Part shown: in pieces, positions 1-13,074 of the stretch
Layout: each line of letters starts with the position of its first letter
Position numbering within the stretch: position 1 is the first letter of the stretch
Source: Macrostomum hystrix
Lineage: Eukaryota; Animalia; Platyhelminthes
Assembly: GCA_950097015.1 (NCBI GenBank)
Contig: CATNEN010000039.1
Location: forward strand, 8,556,001 to 8,620,000
Length of the DNA stretch: 64,000 bases
Direction: 5' to 3'
Position numbers and translations under genes: made by a program
The notes under the pieces: generated by a model
The model's database searches: none
What the model saw: the letters and a program-made list of their open reading frames with translations, nothing else
Told to the model about the DNA's origin: nothing

Positions 1-131
1 CTCTAATCCAGTTGATGCTCCTTCCTATTTTTACAGTGAAGTGAAGCACTAGGTAGTTACTAACCAAATTTCTAACCGCTGGGCTACTAGTTCCCCTGAT
101 CCATGAAGCCAGAGCAAGCTAATGGTCTCAC

Positions 132-985
132 GTGAAAGAAGTTCCCGTAGCCATCAGACAGCAGGTGGAGGGTCGATCCAACTGGAAACTGGATCTGGTG
201 CTGTGCAGTGCTTCCATGGTTACGCAACATTTCACTGTACTCCGGGTTGCCAGACCAAAACTTTTCCCTGAAATCGGATAAAAACGATATTACTTTTAAT
301 TCTCGCACTATCTACATATTTTCACATTTTGTATTGTACAAAACCTAACAGGATAGTGTGCAAAAACACTCCACAACTCCAGATCTCACCCTGGACACCA
401 AAATTCGTAGCTTAGCCTGCTGCCGTCTAGGTAAAGATAAAATTTTATCCACGACACGCCCGATCGAAATTCTGGCTGCAAATCGGTGAGAACAGCGACT
501 GGACGCGGCAATGACTTTTCAGCGGCGGAAACTGCACCTGTCATTGCCTCGTACCACAGACGCATCTCCAGGCGTCGTTGAGCTCCTGGATGCAACGCAG
601 TAGTTGAGTAGTCTAAACGGAATCGAAAGCGTCCATCTGGTCCTCGAACCGCCAAAAAAGTTCCGTTCTCGCGTTCAGGACGAAACACTAGGACGATCGT
701 AAGTTGACGAGGCAGAGCGAGGCCAACTGTCAGCTGCTCCAACGGAAGACTAAGTCGAACGTCACGATCGATTCGCCATGCTGTGGCGGGTCGCGGAGCT
801 GGTGACGCATATCCCGCCAACAGGCTGCCTAGATCGCGATAGTATTTGGAAGGCCTCGCAAATATGGATGCCGGCGGTAGCGGTGGCTCTACATCGCCAG
901 AGATTTCTTCAGCAAGATGCGGTGTCGAAATTGACAAGAAGCAAAACAGGAGAATTGTCCGCTGACCTTGCAGAGACGTCATCAC
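132..985 (-). CDS. Secreted protein with N-terminal TSPN/laminin-G-like domain (thrombospondin/collagen/NELL-type); 5' exons only, gene runs off the window start
   Basis: Exon 985-390 encodes a signal peptide (ILLFCFLSISTPHLA) and TSPN-like strands (QLTIVLVFRPERENGTFLAV..RFRFRL) and ends at a GTGAGA donor. Exon 267-132 has a tttcag acceptor, is phase-compatible (G-EKFWSG...LLSDGYGNFFH) and ends at GTGAGA. Confidence 0.65.
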
Positions 986-2815
986 GTGCCCGTATCGGTG
1001 GTTAAACGAGCTTGATCAGAGCTTAATCATTGCGCCGCACATTTTACCTAACAAACGATAGCACAATAATAATAGATAATGAAATCTTACTATCTATTAT
1101 ATAGTCGCCGAAAAATAAAAGTGTGTAATATAACTCGCATTGTAGTTGCGAGTATCAAACCATGCAGTGGGACACCTGTGTTTAGTCCAATGGTAAGCGA
1201 TTGAGAATCAAAAACGAAAGCTGCGAGGAGTCGACTTGGGCAATGAGCGCGCGGCGGGACAGAAGAGAAAATTCAATGCAGGAGGCGGAGCTATAGGTCG
1301 ACTTGAGCAGGCGTTTTACTGGATGTCTGGGTCGCTGTGTGGTCGGTCTGACCTCGCGGCGACCTGTACCCCCGAGCTCTTTTGGGGTGACGAGGCTGGC
1401 CGAGAGCGAAGCGCGGAAAAAGCAAGACGAATGACGTGAGAGACAAAGAGAGAGAGCTCAAAGAATCTGACTAAGTGCTTACACCGAGCTAAACATTTTT
1501 ATGGCTAAGACAATCTAGCGCACACAGTCTATAGCGCAGCTATGAGTAAAGGAAGTGCAGGGTATGAGCTGCGCACTATGCGTGCTTTTATTAGTGGAAT
1601 CTGAGCTCACCGAATCCTGCGGTCGGGAGGTGGACGCCAGAATGAAAGCAATTAGTCGTAAGACCTGGGACGGCGAATAAAATGGCGCTTAGAGTGAGCA
1701 AGCTCTAATAAAAAACTGCTTCGCTCCTACAGTGTACTCACGAATTACTTCTTTTACTGATTTCGTTCTCTCTCTTGTCGTCTGGCTTCTAGCCGTTAGC
1801 GATAACCATGTAGATTTAGTTGACTGACATGTCACTACTATATTTTCAGTTTTTTTCAATCTTAAATCTCGTGAAATCTTATCACCGTTCACCTTTAGTG
1901 AGCGTGTTTAAGGTCTGTTTTAAGTACAAGCAATCTTCGGTTAGAAAAAGCCTGTACAAATTTCAGACAGGACTAGCCACTTCGTTGGCAGTGCTAGCTT
2001 TGCTCGTGTGTGGTTACGATTTGGAAGGTTCATGATCTTTGCGAGAAAACGTGTTTAATTGTTCTGTTCTAGATCTGTTCTAATCTAACATAGTGTAATC
2101 GCTTTTTGTTATGTGGTCCTTTGAATTATTGTTTCTTATTAGTTCTGTTACTCATGAACGACTCACAGTGGGACGGTGCTAATTAATAAATTTGAGAAAA
2201 CTTTTTAAACTAAAAAAAGCCATTATTTCTTGGTACATTGCAAGCAATGTTAGAAAAACACATTGAATGAGGCTCATACTCATAGTCCCGACTAATTGGA
2301 ACTGTGATAAAACTTTTACGATTGGCAAATATTTCTAACTTAAAGTATTGTTATGGTCTTTTAGTAGACCAAATGCGCATTGCTGCTGTTTTCATTTCCA
2401 TTGATATTTACAGAGGCTATACTGGCACATAATTTGGCGAAATTCGACCCCCAGCCATGGAAAAGGCAATTTAGCACGTTCCGCTAGTCGCGAACAAATT
2501 AACTGTGATTCAACTTAATGGGCCGCTCGATCACTTACCTCCTGCTACGGAATCTGTCAAAACCCTGTCAAAACGAGTGTCAGAACCCCTGTTTCTGAGG
2601 AGCCACAAACTAGAAAAATGTGCTTGCAGACGCTAGATTATGGAGACTTGTTTGTAGTACATTTAAATTAAAGTTTATTTTTCATGAAGCTGGTCTTTAA
2701 CTTCATTGTTAATCCTGAAAATGTTACATTTAAACAAAGATTTAAGTCGTCTAGCAGCATTTTTTATCGCTAATCTGCTGTACACTCCGATTCGCTCTAA
2801 TCTAGCAGCGTGACG

Positions 2816-5800
2816 TCACTCGTTGCCGACGTACATCAGTCTCGGCGCGGTTGCCCGGGCAGCAGATGCAACAGCGGAAAATCCGGACACAGAACCCGCC
2901 GCGGCTCCGGATGTTGCGTTGACCCACAAAGGGAGCGTGTAAAAGTCAAAGATCGCAGTGCCATGGCTCAGAGTACCCGCCACTATGATCATCCCGCCGC
3001 ACAAGGTCAGCACTATGCCGCTCTTTATCTGCGGAGACATCAAAATATTTGTGATTGTGTCTCATTGTTTGCCTTTCTCTGCAAGAGCGTCATACCACTG
3101 AGGTTTTCAGTTAGTTCCGCTGGAACTGGCTTGCTTAACACGGTCACAAAAACTGTTAATCATCGAACACTTGTCACGATAAGTTGATTGCAGTAAAATT
3201 ACCATGTCAGGAACTGTGAGGTAGCCCTTTGAGAAGACAATCGAATTTGGCGGTGTTGCCACCGGCAGATTGAAAGCGAAGGAGGCGGCAACGGTGCAGG
3301 GCAGCATCAGGCTCAGCGGATTGATACCGATGGTTCGACTCTGAAGTGATGCATTGTGACATGTATCAAAGCAAACAAAAGTAATTTTAATTCAATGCTG
3401 GCTAAATATATAATGTTACATTAACGCACCAGGTCTACCAAAATTGGCAGAAGTATCGAAGCGGTGGCAGTGTTGGAGGTGATCTCGGTGATTAGCGTGG
3501 TGCAGTAGACGACAACAATAACCAACAGCGGCAGGGGCCAATTTCCCAATGGCTTTAGCTGCGCTCCGATCAGAGCAGAAAGGCCAGATTCCTGCAAAGG
3601 TTCCAGGATTCTTCTGCACTCCTAATAATTCATCCTTTCTTATTCATCGCCACTTGCCCCAAATGGTCTGGATTTGCAGCTAACAGCCCAGCTGCAGCTG
3701 TTGCTGTGAGCAGCCTTTGATTGTCTCAAAAGGCAAGTCCTCTTCTAAAGGGCAAAAATTGTTTCATTTGAGATGTGGAATCGAACCCACGACATTTAAG
3801 TCGCCTTAATTAATACGCTAAAATCAATTTAAAAAGCACCGAGAAGGCATAACAAAATTTCCCTGAATATACGCTCCTAGTATTAATCCGAGCAACATTC
3901 TTTCATTTTTTCTCAACTTGTTGCGAGGACTGAAGTCAAGTGGTAGGCCTATAAGCATACTAATGACTGTGTGACTCCCAGAGGAGCCAGATTCAATGCT
4001 TTGCTGGGCGATCATCCTGAGTGCAACAGAAGAAAGTGCAGATTTCTCAGATAAACATCGTCAACGAATTTTCCTTTGGCTTAATGGATTGACTTGTTTC
4101 AATTAAGTGGAGCTATCTTAGTAACAATTTGACGCTTTGCGAGTAAATTTTACTTTACTAATATCCCTGAAAATAGTGCAACAGAAATAGCTCGTAGAAA
4201 ACTGTTAGCAGCTCGATTAGATATAATTTTCAATTATTTCCAAATGCTGCGTACAGCTGTTCAGTCCGTGGACTGAATATGCAGCCACCCGCTACTAACG
4301 CCAATTTGTACCACAGCTGGTGCTGGTTACCATTTTATAGCATAGGAAACTGAAAAACTCAGGATTTAAGCTCTCTTATTCAAAAGCACAAATTGTCTCC
4401 ACTGGGCTGAGATTCGAACTCCCGACTGCTCGCTCAAAAGTCTAAAGCTCCAACTACAAGGCTGCAAGCTCCCATGGGAGATATGTGCTGCAATATTTTG
4501 AGCAATATTTTAAATACCTGTCCATCGATTTTTCAAAAAGAAACATGCCTTTACACTGGTAGACTGTACACTGTACTGGTAGACTGTACAATGGTAGACT
4601 CACCCTGGTGGCCCTGGCCAGCGCGAATCCACCGCCAAGCAGAAGCACAATGCCCCAGGGCAGTCGTTCATGCACCACGCGCCAGTTAAGCAATGTTGAC
4701 GGCCTCTCTTTGCCTAGATTATTTCGAACCTCCCTTTTGACTTCCTCGGTGCCATCTTCGTTCACCGTCACTGTTTCCTCGACGACAATGTCCACGGTGG
4801 CACGCTGACGCTTGAACGGATTGCTAGACGGGAACACAAACAGCAGGATGGACATTAGGATGGCCGGCTGGGCGTCTGCCATGAAGAACTTTGTGGCACC
4901 TTCAACCCGCGTCAGGTTGCCAAGGCTGTTGTTAACGTAGGTGACAGGGGTCACCTGGAACAGGCTGCCCCAACCTTCGCCGCCCGGCTCCCGGGTGATC
5001 CACAGGATGATGGTGATGACGAACAGGATAATGCAGGACACCTCTGGAAAGCTGGGAGTCAAATCAAGCAACACAGTTTTTATGATAGAAGTATAATAAT
5101 TCCAATTGCGAGCTGTCCTTAATCATGACGCAAACGAACTCACGTGATCGGACCGAGCTTCTCGTACTCCCTCAGCAGAGCTTTCTGCACCGCCTCCACC
5201 TCCTCCTTGTCCTTGGTGCCGCACTTCAAGAAATTTCTGGTGTTTTTTAAGATAGAAAAAATATGAATAAACTATTCGTTGTCAGTTTTTTATAGAACCT
5301 TATAATTATGTCGCATGTTAGGAAACTTGTAACGTTATATCAGCTGTCACTTCTCGCCGTGTTCTCACCTCGGACCAATGAACAGAATCTGGAGCCAAAC
5401 CCAGGCAAATAGGACGGTAACAAGAGAAATCGGAAATGCGTATGCAAACCAGGTGCCGAAATTGAATGGAGTTTTATTGCCAAAGCTGCTGATGATATTG
5501 TTGTTTAGCACGAGGTTCGGTGCTGTGCCAGTCAGCGTAGCAGTTCCACCAATGTTGGCACCGTAGGCGACACAGATGGTGAGCATTTTGCACACATTCG
5601 CGAAAGCCTTATTTTCTGGGTCTTGAATGTACGATAGGACAGTTACTGAGTCCTCATCCTCTAGCCCCGTTGTTGAGTTCATTTCTGCTCCGCTCTCAAT
5701 CTCCTGCGGCCCAACGTAGGACTCCTTCGACTTGGTGCTTTCAGGCACTGCAGCCGTTGGAGTCAACTCGATCATCTCGAGTCGGTCCGCGCCAATTTTA

Positions 5801-6753
5801 GTTGGTTCCACCGGCTGCGCCGGAAACTGCTCGGACTGCGCCTGGCCCAATCGCTGCCGGTTCATTCGCTTGCGAAGCTGGTCGTAGCGCATCAGCTCGT
5901 ACAGTACGGCGTCTACAATGGGCAGCATCATTGCCGAGGTGGCCGTGTTGGAGATCCACATGGACATGAACCAGGTTGGCATGAGGAAGCCAAGCAGAAG
6001 CCAGCGCGGCTGGACGCCGACAAACTGTAGGACGCGCAGCGCAATGCGCTTGTGCAAATCCCAGAATTCTACACAGATGGCTAGCATCAGGCCGCCGATA
6101 AACAGCATGTTCGAGTCCTGTAGGGTAGAGATAAAGGCAGAGCGGACTAGGCTGAGCGCTTCACAAATGACAGGAGATGAGGAGAGACACTTGATGATGT
6201 CAAAGCCCGTGGTCAAGACAGAGAGCCATGTTCGATTTCGAAAGAGGGCAGAAGTGCTAGTTAAATATTTACTGTGTTTTAGTTCGATGCTTTGAGTCTC
6301 TCAATATCTGTCTGCTAAGACATTAATTGCGAAGCGTGCATCATATTAGCAGCTTCTTAAGGTCACCAGTGCTGGAGTAGTGCAAAAGTAAGATAATTCG
6401 ACTCACCTCAAAGTAGGCCGGGCACAAATCCTTCGACGGGATAATCTTGAAAGCGGGCACCAGGACCACAGGTATGAGTGCGGTAACACCAATTGGCAGT
6501 GCCTCGGTGACCCAGTACACCGCCATCAGAAGAATCATGTAGGCCACATATGCCTCCTGCAGGTAATGCAGTAGTATAATAGTTCAGCATAAATTTACCG
6601 GTGGTTCCACGTTCTCATTTACTCTGCACAGCTGTTCGGGGGTAATGAACTCACCGGACTCTGCACAACCACCGGCAGCGGTAGAAGAATCAGCGGTGTG
6701 AGGATAAAAATGAGCAGACTCCTCCATCGCCATAGTAGCTGAAGTAGCTCCAT
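2816..6753 (-). CDS. SLC13A: SLC13 (DASS) Na+/dicarboxylate-citrate cotransporter, Indy/NaDC-like, 8 exons
   Basis: Exons 6753-6655, 6556-6407, 6117-5369, 5236-5144, 5051-4604, 3591-3430, 3340-3203 and 3028-2816; all GT-AG and in phase. Motifs: YWVTEALP, LHKRIAL, WISNTAT, GGTATLTGTAPN, PWGIVLLLGGGFALA, TEITSNTAT, LPVATPPN. GTAPN/SNTAT match the carboxylate branch rather than the sulfate branch (GTSTN/SNPAT). Confidence 0.95.
4170..4480 (-). mobile_element. tRNA-derived CORE-like SINE (family B) in an SLC13 intron
   Basis: On the minus strand: A-box-like GCAGCCTTGTAG, B box GAGTTCGAATCT, a MIR/CORE-like stretch (tgtgcttttgaataag..cttaaatcctgag..tcagtttcctatgctataaaatgg), then the palindrome TTCAGTCCACGGACTGAA. 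Confidence 0.6.
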
Positions 6754-7227
6754 ATGTTGCACTATGGCACTTGGTCTCTAAGCGGTAATTGTTGTTAGCA
6801 GAAAAAATCGCTGCGGGCGTGAATGCCAAAGAGCAGAAGCGTCGGTTCGGGCTTCTGATATCGGTATTTGCAACGCAGGGCTTATATGCATGAATGCCAA
6901 CTCTGTAGGACTGAGCGGCAGTGTTACTACAGAAGTCCCAAAGGCTGCAGCTGTCGAGATAAAATTGGCACAATGCCACTCAGATATCGTTGTCAAGACA
7001 ACAAGGCGAGCGCAGAATATTTTTTACGAGCAAGTTAATGAATGTTTCGGTAAATTGAATTGAATTCAATTTTGCTTAGATTGCGAAGACTTCATAAAAG
7101 TCGGGATCTCTTCTAGGTCAAGGTCATTAACCTGTCACTTTTTTACCTTCCAAAACTTTTTCTTATCAGACTAATTTTCATGCCTGTCGCATAGCAACAA
7201 CACAGCCTTGTTAATATGTTACCCCAA

Positions 7228-7430
7228 TGGAGGTTGTAGCCTTGTGGTAAGAGCATCGAACTCACGACTTGAAGGTCGGGGGTTCGATTCCTGAGTCCAT
7301 CGACTGAACAGCCGTACACCGCCTTCAGATGCGTTGCTCAATATCTGCGACTGTGCTGTCGACTGCATATCTGCACATTGGGTGGGGCAGGTGAAATCAA
7401 TTACTATTATTCAAATTAAATAATTATTAG
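7228..7430 (+). mobile_element. tRNA-derived SINE (family B), internally deleted copy
   Basis: A box TAGCCTTGTGG and B box GGTTCGATTCC join directly to GTCCATCGACTGAACAGC. The 3' tail aligns by eye with the reverse complement of 23270-23400 and ends in TTA-rich sequence. Confidence 0.65.
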
Positions 7431-10400
7431 CTCAATACAATTTGCAAACTTGCCAAATGCATGCACACCATATCACTTGAGTTCAAATGATAGCAGGACT
7501 TTATTTTTACAATAAATTCGAAAAAGGCTTATAGAAATACTTTTGAAGAAAAAAAGTTTGCATTTTTAATCGGTAAGCGTCAGGCACTCCTTCGCTCGTA
7601 TTCCCATGTCATGTTCACGAGTTTCAAGTTTAACTTTGCAAATTTTGCTTCGAAATTTTGATCGCTGTTCACGTGATTCCAGAGACACAGAGAGCACTAC
7701 GTGATTTGAGCAGAGAGCACTCCGCCTACCTACTCCCTATAGAGAGTTGGTCCCGGCAGATAAAACTGTTCCAACTCAGTGAGTGAGCTCAGAGGTCACA
7801 GCGAATCTAGAAACGCTGTAGCAATCTCGATTGAGACGCATTGTGCAGTGGTATGAAAATGCGATTTTTATCGCAGGCACTATTGGAGGGTTGGGTAGTA
7901 AAAAAAATTAAATGTGCAACGATAGTTCAGAGAGTGAGTTTCGGAAACTCGCCGGATCTATTTTATGAGTACAGCTCAAAGTGAACTGTCAGAATTATTG
8001 ACACCAGACAAGTCAGTGTAGATTTAACGTCGCTTACTAGCAGAGGAGTGGATGAAAGTCAATAGCAGTGACAATCGTATCGACGATATTCTGATTGGTA
8101 TAGTTGGTTTCTATCGATATCATTGTGATGAGATCAGAATGCAGGCAAAACTATGGTGCAGTCTATGTAAAACCCAGACAGACTTAACTGATTTTATCGG
8201 TTTTTAGTACTTTGAGTAAAAAATGGGAATACTGAATCTGTATTGACTATCCTCAATTCATAATTGGATTGGTTTATTTGATAGATAGTAGCGTCCTTAT
8301 TTAGACGTCTGCAAGAAATCATCGTTTTGCAGTGGAGCAGCAACTCGCGCTAGCAGGAATTCGCGGGCACAGCTCGGCCCCATGATTTCATGCCAGTTGA
8401 AGCGTAAAGAGCGCTTGAGTGGCGCTTCCCTTACTCATTCAGCGACGTCGATACCCAGTTCCGCGGTGCAGCTTGCACTGTGCGTGTGCGGAGAGGAATC
8501 GGCCGGTACGACTTGGCGAGGACTGCTGGACATTGCTTTGCGGCAGGCGGTGCGCGTGGCTCGCTTCCGAGGCTAGCGAAGCGAGACAAATGCGACGGCG
8601 GGTCACCTGCACTCCCTGCGAGCAGAAGCCTTTCTGACCGCTTCTGGAGTGGGAGTGGAGGAAGGGAGCAGCCTGACGGAATGATTGAACTGCGGAAACT
8701 GTAGCACGCTGAAATAGATGGATATAAAACATTTCCCCTGCCGCAAACTGCAAGCATTTAGGACGTAAACAGGCAAATCGCTGCAAACAGACGATGCAGA
8801 GGGACAAGGACAGAAGTCGGCATGGAGGGTGTCAGAGCTTGGTGTTTCTGTGGGCTCGACTGGACAATCCGAGGGGACGAGCTAAAATCTCCTAATTAAA
8901 GGCTGCGTGCGCGGTGCACAGATGCTTTTTAACATTTTCTTCTGTGCTAAGAAGAAAACTGCCACTGACTGGCCGCGGCGCCCGCTTGAAAAACTTCAGA
9001 CAAAAATGTTCAGATGCTGCAGGGATGAGAGCAGAATCGGAAGGAAGCTTTGTTAAGCCGAACCAAATCCCCTGCTCTCTTTGGTGAGCCGAGGTTCGCA
9101 CTAACGTATGGCAGATTGCGATCAACAGGAAGCCGACGGGCTTTGAGGAGTAAGAGTATCGGGAAAGTTGCCCATCACAGGGTTTAGCAAGTCTGGGACC
9201 GTATCCCACCACTGCCACCACTGCCGCATGCTTCTACATCTGTTTTATATCTGCACTCTCTATCGAAAAACTATTTACACTGTCGCTTTTTACTTTATAC
9301 TGTGCATACCGATGCGCTGGAAGTGACTAGCGCTGGTGTCTGAGATATATCAGATCGAGGAAGAATACAGTACAGCCTAGCCATCAGTCATTTCGGCTTT
9401 TCGAAAACCTGATAGAATTTTTTAGAATGGTTTTGGAAAGGCTTTAAAATGCCAGAGGAAAAAAATCAAATAAAGCAAATGTGAATGCATGCACACGCGA
9501 AATGTACGCACAGACCAAACCAATGGCCCGCGGGTTTGAAGGCATTCTTCTTCGAACAATCGCTCATTTTGATTTCTCCAGCTTTTTTACTTGCAGTTCC
9601 TTTATTTACTGGGCCTCAATGGTTAGCAGCAGTCGAAGGCCGTCATGCGAGACCACTCAATAGATTCGACACGATTAGCGGTCTGGTCGAAAATTAGAGA
9701 ACATGGTTCCCTTCAATCGTCAATGATGTTTGAGCCGCTAAGAGTTGCCAACCAAACCAGCTGGGCGGCCCGCCTCTTGAGATGAGCCAGACAAACTCGC
9801 CCCTCCTCAGCTTCCGTTCAATTCGAAGACGAGAAGAGATGAGAGAGAGAAAGAGAAAACGATTTTTCCGAGTGGCAGCTCAAGCCGCGGAGTGGAGAAG
9901 GGAAGTCGAACTGTCTCCGCCCCGACTCACAGCCATCTTACAACGCGCCCGGCCGATATCCCCGAGGCCAAGGACCTCCATTAATCACGCGGTGGACCTC
10001 GCTATATGGGACTTATGACGCGAAGTCCAACGGTCGAGATAGACATACAGGGAGAGAGGGGAAGAGAGAAAGAGTGGAAGAAAAATGTGCGACTCGCCAA
10101 TGAGTACAGAAAACACCCTACTTATCGTCAGCAGCGTTGTTAGGCGGGCCGGATTGCTGGTCGGGCGGCTCTGGCTAATTTGAGCAGCGTTTTACTTGAC
10201 ATGGGCGGTGACTCTCAGCCAGCCTGCATGTCAGCCCTCGTTGAAAACGTGGCATTGCTAGGTAAGCCCTCGCCTTGTCGAATGAATCAGCACCAGTGAA
10301 TTTAATCCGCTTTTAGTATGGCAAAACCTAAGATAAGCAACTTTCAAAATGCCAATATCCCGTCTGATGAGCGCCCTCAGTTCACGATCTATCTATTTTA

Positions 10401-11160
10401 AAGCAGACAAAAGCTGGTGCCAAATCTCGGCTTTTCCGACATGCTCATTCCTCGGAGTAGGCAAGTCGAAATATCTGATGCCCTATAGGCGTTGCCAGAC
10501 CTACTTCTTTGCATCATTTTGACAGTCTATTCATTTAGGCAGCAAAATTTTGCTGGAACAGTGACTTAGATGCTTGATAAATAGATACAGATTGAGAGAA
10601 AGGAGAGAGAAGAGAGTACCAAGACGGTTGGCCCTCGTCAGCCAAGCACTCGGTCCATCCCCTCAGGCCATCGAGAAAATGGGGGAAATCCTCCAAGTGC
10701 CTCCTCAGAAGACAAGTAGACCGGCACTTTCATCCAGCGCTGGCTCATTGCTTCTTTTCCATTCGATCAGCTTGGCTGGCTGAGCGGTAGCAGCTGTTCC
10801 TATTCTGCTTAGCTTTCTGTTTCTCCTATTCTTTCCTACTATGCTTTCTCTCCCATTCCGCGCCATGCTAGTTTGCCCTCGGGGCGCCGGCGGAGGCCGC
10901 ATTGGCTGTTGGCCATTGCCACCGAGCAGCCAATAACTGGCTGAATGATCGCGCGAAGAGAGACGCACAGCAAAAGAGGAAGACGAGAGACGAGTGAGAG
11001 TGTGAAGAATGCCAGAGAGGGACTAGCGGAAGAAAAGCTCTCAAGCTCCACGGCTTTTTGAAGATGCTCGAGAAATCCTAGAGAAATCGGCAAAGATTCT
11101 TCTGTAGTTTTCCGTTTGATTATTCGAAGCCAACACCAGGCAGTGAAGGGCAGAATCGGC

Positions 11161-13074
11161 ATGCACAGTCGACGCTGGCCGGAGAACAGCGCCGGACGCA
11201 GAGACGCAGATGACATCGACTCGTCCGCTAGTCGCCGATTGCATAGACCGAACGCGCTGAATGATTCTTCAGTGTCCGATGATCGGCCTGCGCCGCGGCT
11301 GCGGCCCGCCAGCCAGATCGTCTCAGTTGTGCTCTCGTTCTCAAAGAAGTCCACCATTCATGGCCTGAACCACATCGCCCAGGCTCGTAGCACTCGAAGA
11401 CGCGTCTTCTGGATCTTAATACTGGGAGTAGCCAGCTGCGGCTTCCTCACAAACCTGTACCAGATCGCAATCAAGTACTTGCAGACGCCAGTTCTAACGA
11501 ATGTGAAGCATGATCACTTGTCGTTCAAGTTCCCAGACATAACAGTGTGCAACATTAATCCCATTCATTTTCCACCAAAGAAAACTAAGAGATTTGAGGA
11601 CCTGGTGGACGCAATTCACGAATTTCACGCGACACACGCGAGATTTAATAAAATTTATGAAAATGAAACTACTTGGAAGACACCACTTTTCAAAGGCTTC
11701 TCTACGTCAGTCTTTATATCAGATTATCTGTACATGCGTCGAAATATCAGTTTGTACAGCATCCCACACAACATATTTATACAAGACTGTCGCTACATGG
11801 GCATGGAGAAACACCACTGTGCCAATTCTTGGATCACGCACCGGCGATGGCCTTACGGAGCCTGTTACCAGCTCAACATTACCAAGCTAGGCCGGGACGC
11901 AATCAGCAGGGCGAATGTTAAAGCATTCACGAGTGGTTTCAGGCCAGACTTATTCCTGCTGTTGTATAAAAGTGTCGATTATCCAACAGAATTCCGTCAC
12001 TTGGACACCCACGGCACTATTAAAATGCCTTCTGGTGTTCTGTTAATGCTGCACGAGCCAGAAACGTATCCGCAGATTAGTGAGAGCTTTCTGTTGGACA
12101 AGTACGCCCAGGTAGATCTGCACATGACTCGGAAGCAGCACTTGAGAAAGCTGCAGTTGTGCGAGTCACAGCGAGATCTATACGACTATGTCGACATTGA
12201 AACGAAAGAGCGCCGACTCTATAAGGAGACGCGAACGGATTGTGTGGAGAACATCACTCAGACAGCCTTCAAGAGGCATTGCAAATGCATTCACCACGAG
12301 TATCCCCTAAAAAATGACGACGTTGATTATCCGTTTTGCTACGACTTCGATTGGTTCCACAATAACTTCACAGAGAGATCATGCCCTGCGAAAAAAGATG
12401 AAGAAGTCATTCGGGCTGACCCTCTCCGCACTTGCTACAAAGACATGTGCGAGCACACAGTGTACTCTACCGTCATCAGCCAGGCCAACTTTCCCGCGGT
12501 GATCGAGCGCAAGACCCACTTAGGCTGGCTTAAGCTACTAGCGAGAATGGAAGCTAATGAGCTGGTCTACTATGGCAGCACTGATCTGGCTTCCAAAGCG
12601 CTCAAACTGAATGAATCAATGCGAAATTTGAACATTAGCGTTGCGTTGAAGAAGAAAATGCTTGATCTACTGGATATTGACTTTGTCGAGCGAAACTTCA
12701 TGTACCTTCGCATTGTGCCATCTTCTCTGTTTGCTGACGAGATGCTCGAAGATGAGGAGTACCCGCTCAGTAGGTTTCTCACAGACGTCGGAGGCTGCGT
12801 TGGCCTGTGGGTCGGTGCCTCTCTCATAACCATTTTCGAATTTTGCGATCTATTGCTTGACTTCTTGGGCCTCAAAACGATCAGACGGAAGGGCCAGAAG
12901 AGGCAAAACGGACAGACACTGTCGGCTTCGCAACCGTACGACAAGTGGACCGCAGCACCCTCGTCGGTGGTAGCAGTCGACTGCCCGCAACTGAGCGAGA
13001 GCCCACTGGTGGGTCGCAGTAGATCAGGGGAGTTCTCTGGCTCAGTGCAACTCGGAATGGTATCCAGTGTCTGA
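11161..13074 (+). CDS. DEG/ENaC/ASIC-family amiloride-sensitive sodium channel subunit, single exon (~637 aa)
   Basis: Pre-TM1 STIHGL motif, TM1 (VFWILILG..YQIAIKY), FPDITVCN, Cys-rich ectodomain, and TM2 DVGGCVGLWVGASLITIFE with the GAS filter. First in-frame ATG is at 11161. Confidence 0.95.
   Translation: MHSRRWPENSAGRRDADDIDSSASRRLHRPNALNDSSVSDDRPAPRLRPASQIVSVVLSFSKKSTIHGLNHIAQARSTRRRVFWILILGVASCGFLTNLYQIAIKYLQTPVLTNVKHDHLSFKFPDITVCNINPIHFPPKKTKRFEDLVDAIHEFHATHARFNKIYENETTWKTPLFKGFSTSVFISDYLYMRRNISLYSIPHNIFIQDCRYMGMEKHHCANSWITHRRWPYGACYQLNITKLGRDAISRANVKAFTSGFRPDLFLLLYKSVDYPTEFRHLDTHGTIKMPSGVLLMLHEPETYPQISESFLLDKYAQVDLHMTRKQHLRKLQLCESQRDLYDYVDIETKERRLYKETRTDCVENITQTAFKRHCKCIHHEYPLKNDDVDYPFCYDFDWFHNNFTERSCPAKKDEEVIRADPLRTCYKDMCEHTVYSTVISQANFPAVIERKTHLGWLKLLARMEANELVYYGSTDLASKALKLNESMRNLNISVALKKKMLDLLDIDFVERNFMYLRIVPSSLFADEMLEDEEYPLSRFLTDVGGCVGLWVGASLITIFEFCDLLLDFLGLKTIRRKGQKRQNGQTLSASQPYDKWTAAPSSVVAVDCPQLSESPLVGRSRSGEFSGSVQLGMVSSV

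Noticed and set aside
1165-2174. 1-kb insertion flanked by CAGTGGGAC direct repeats
   Set aside because: A 9-bp match could be chance, and there are no TIRs or second copy in the window.
7228-7300. Functional tRNA genes (also 3770-3810, 4400-4470, 58920-58995)
   Set aside because: A/B boxes are present, but acceptor and anticodon stems are broken. Three of the four run into a SINE body, and 3770-3810 is only a short isolated remnant.
7650-11050. LTR-like or coding segments between SLC13 and the ENaC gene
   Set aside because: Short overlapping ORFs without motifs, and no definable termini or repeats.
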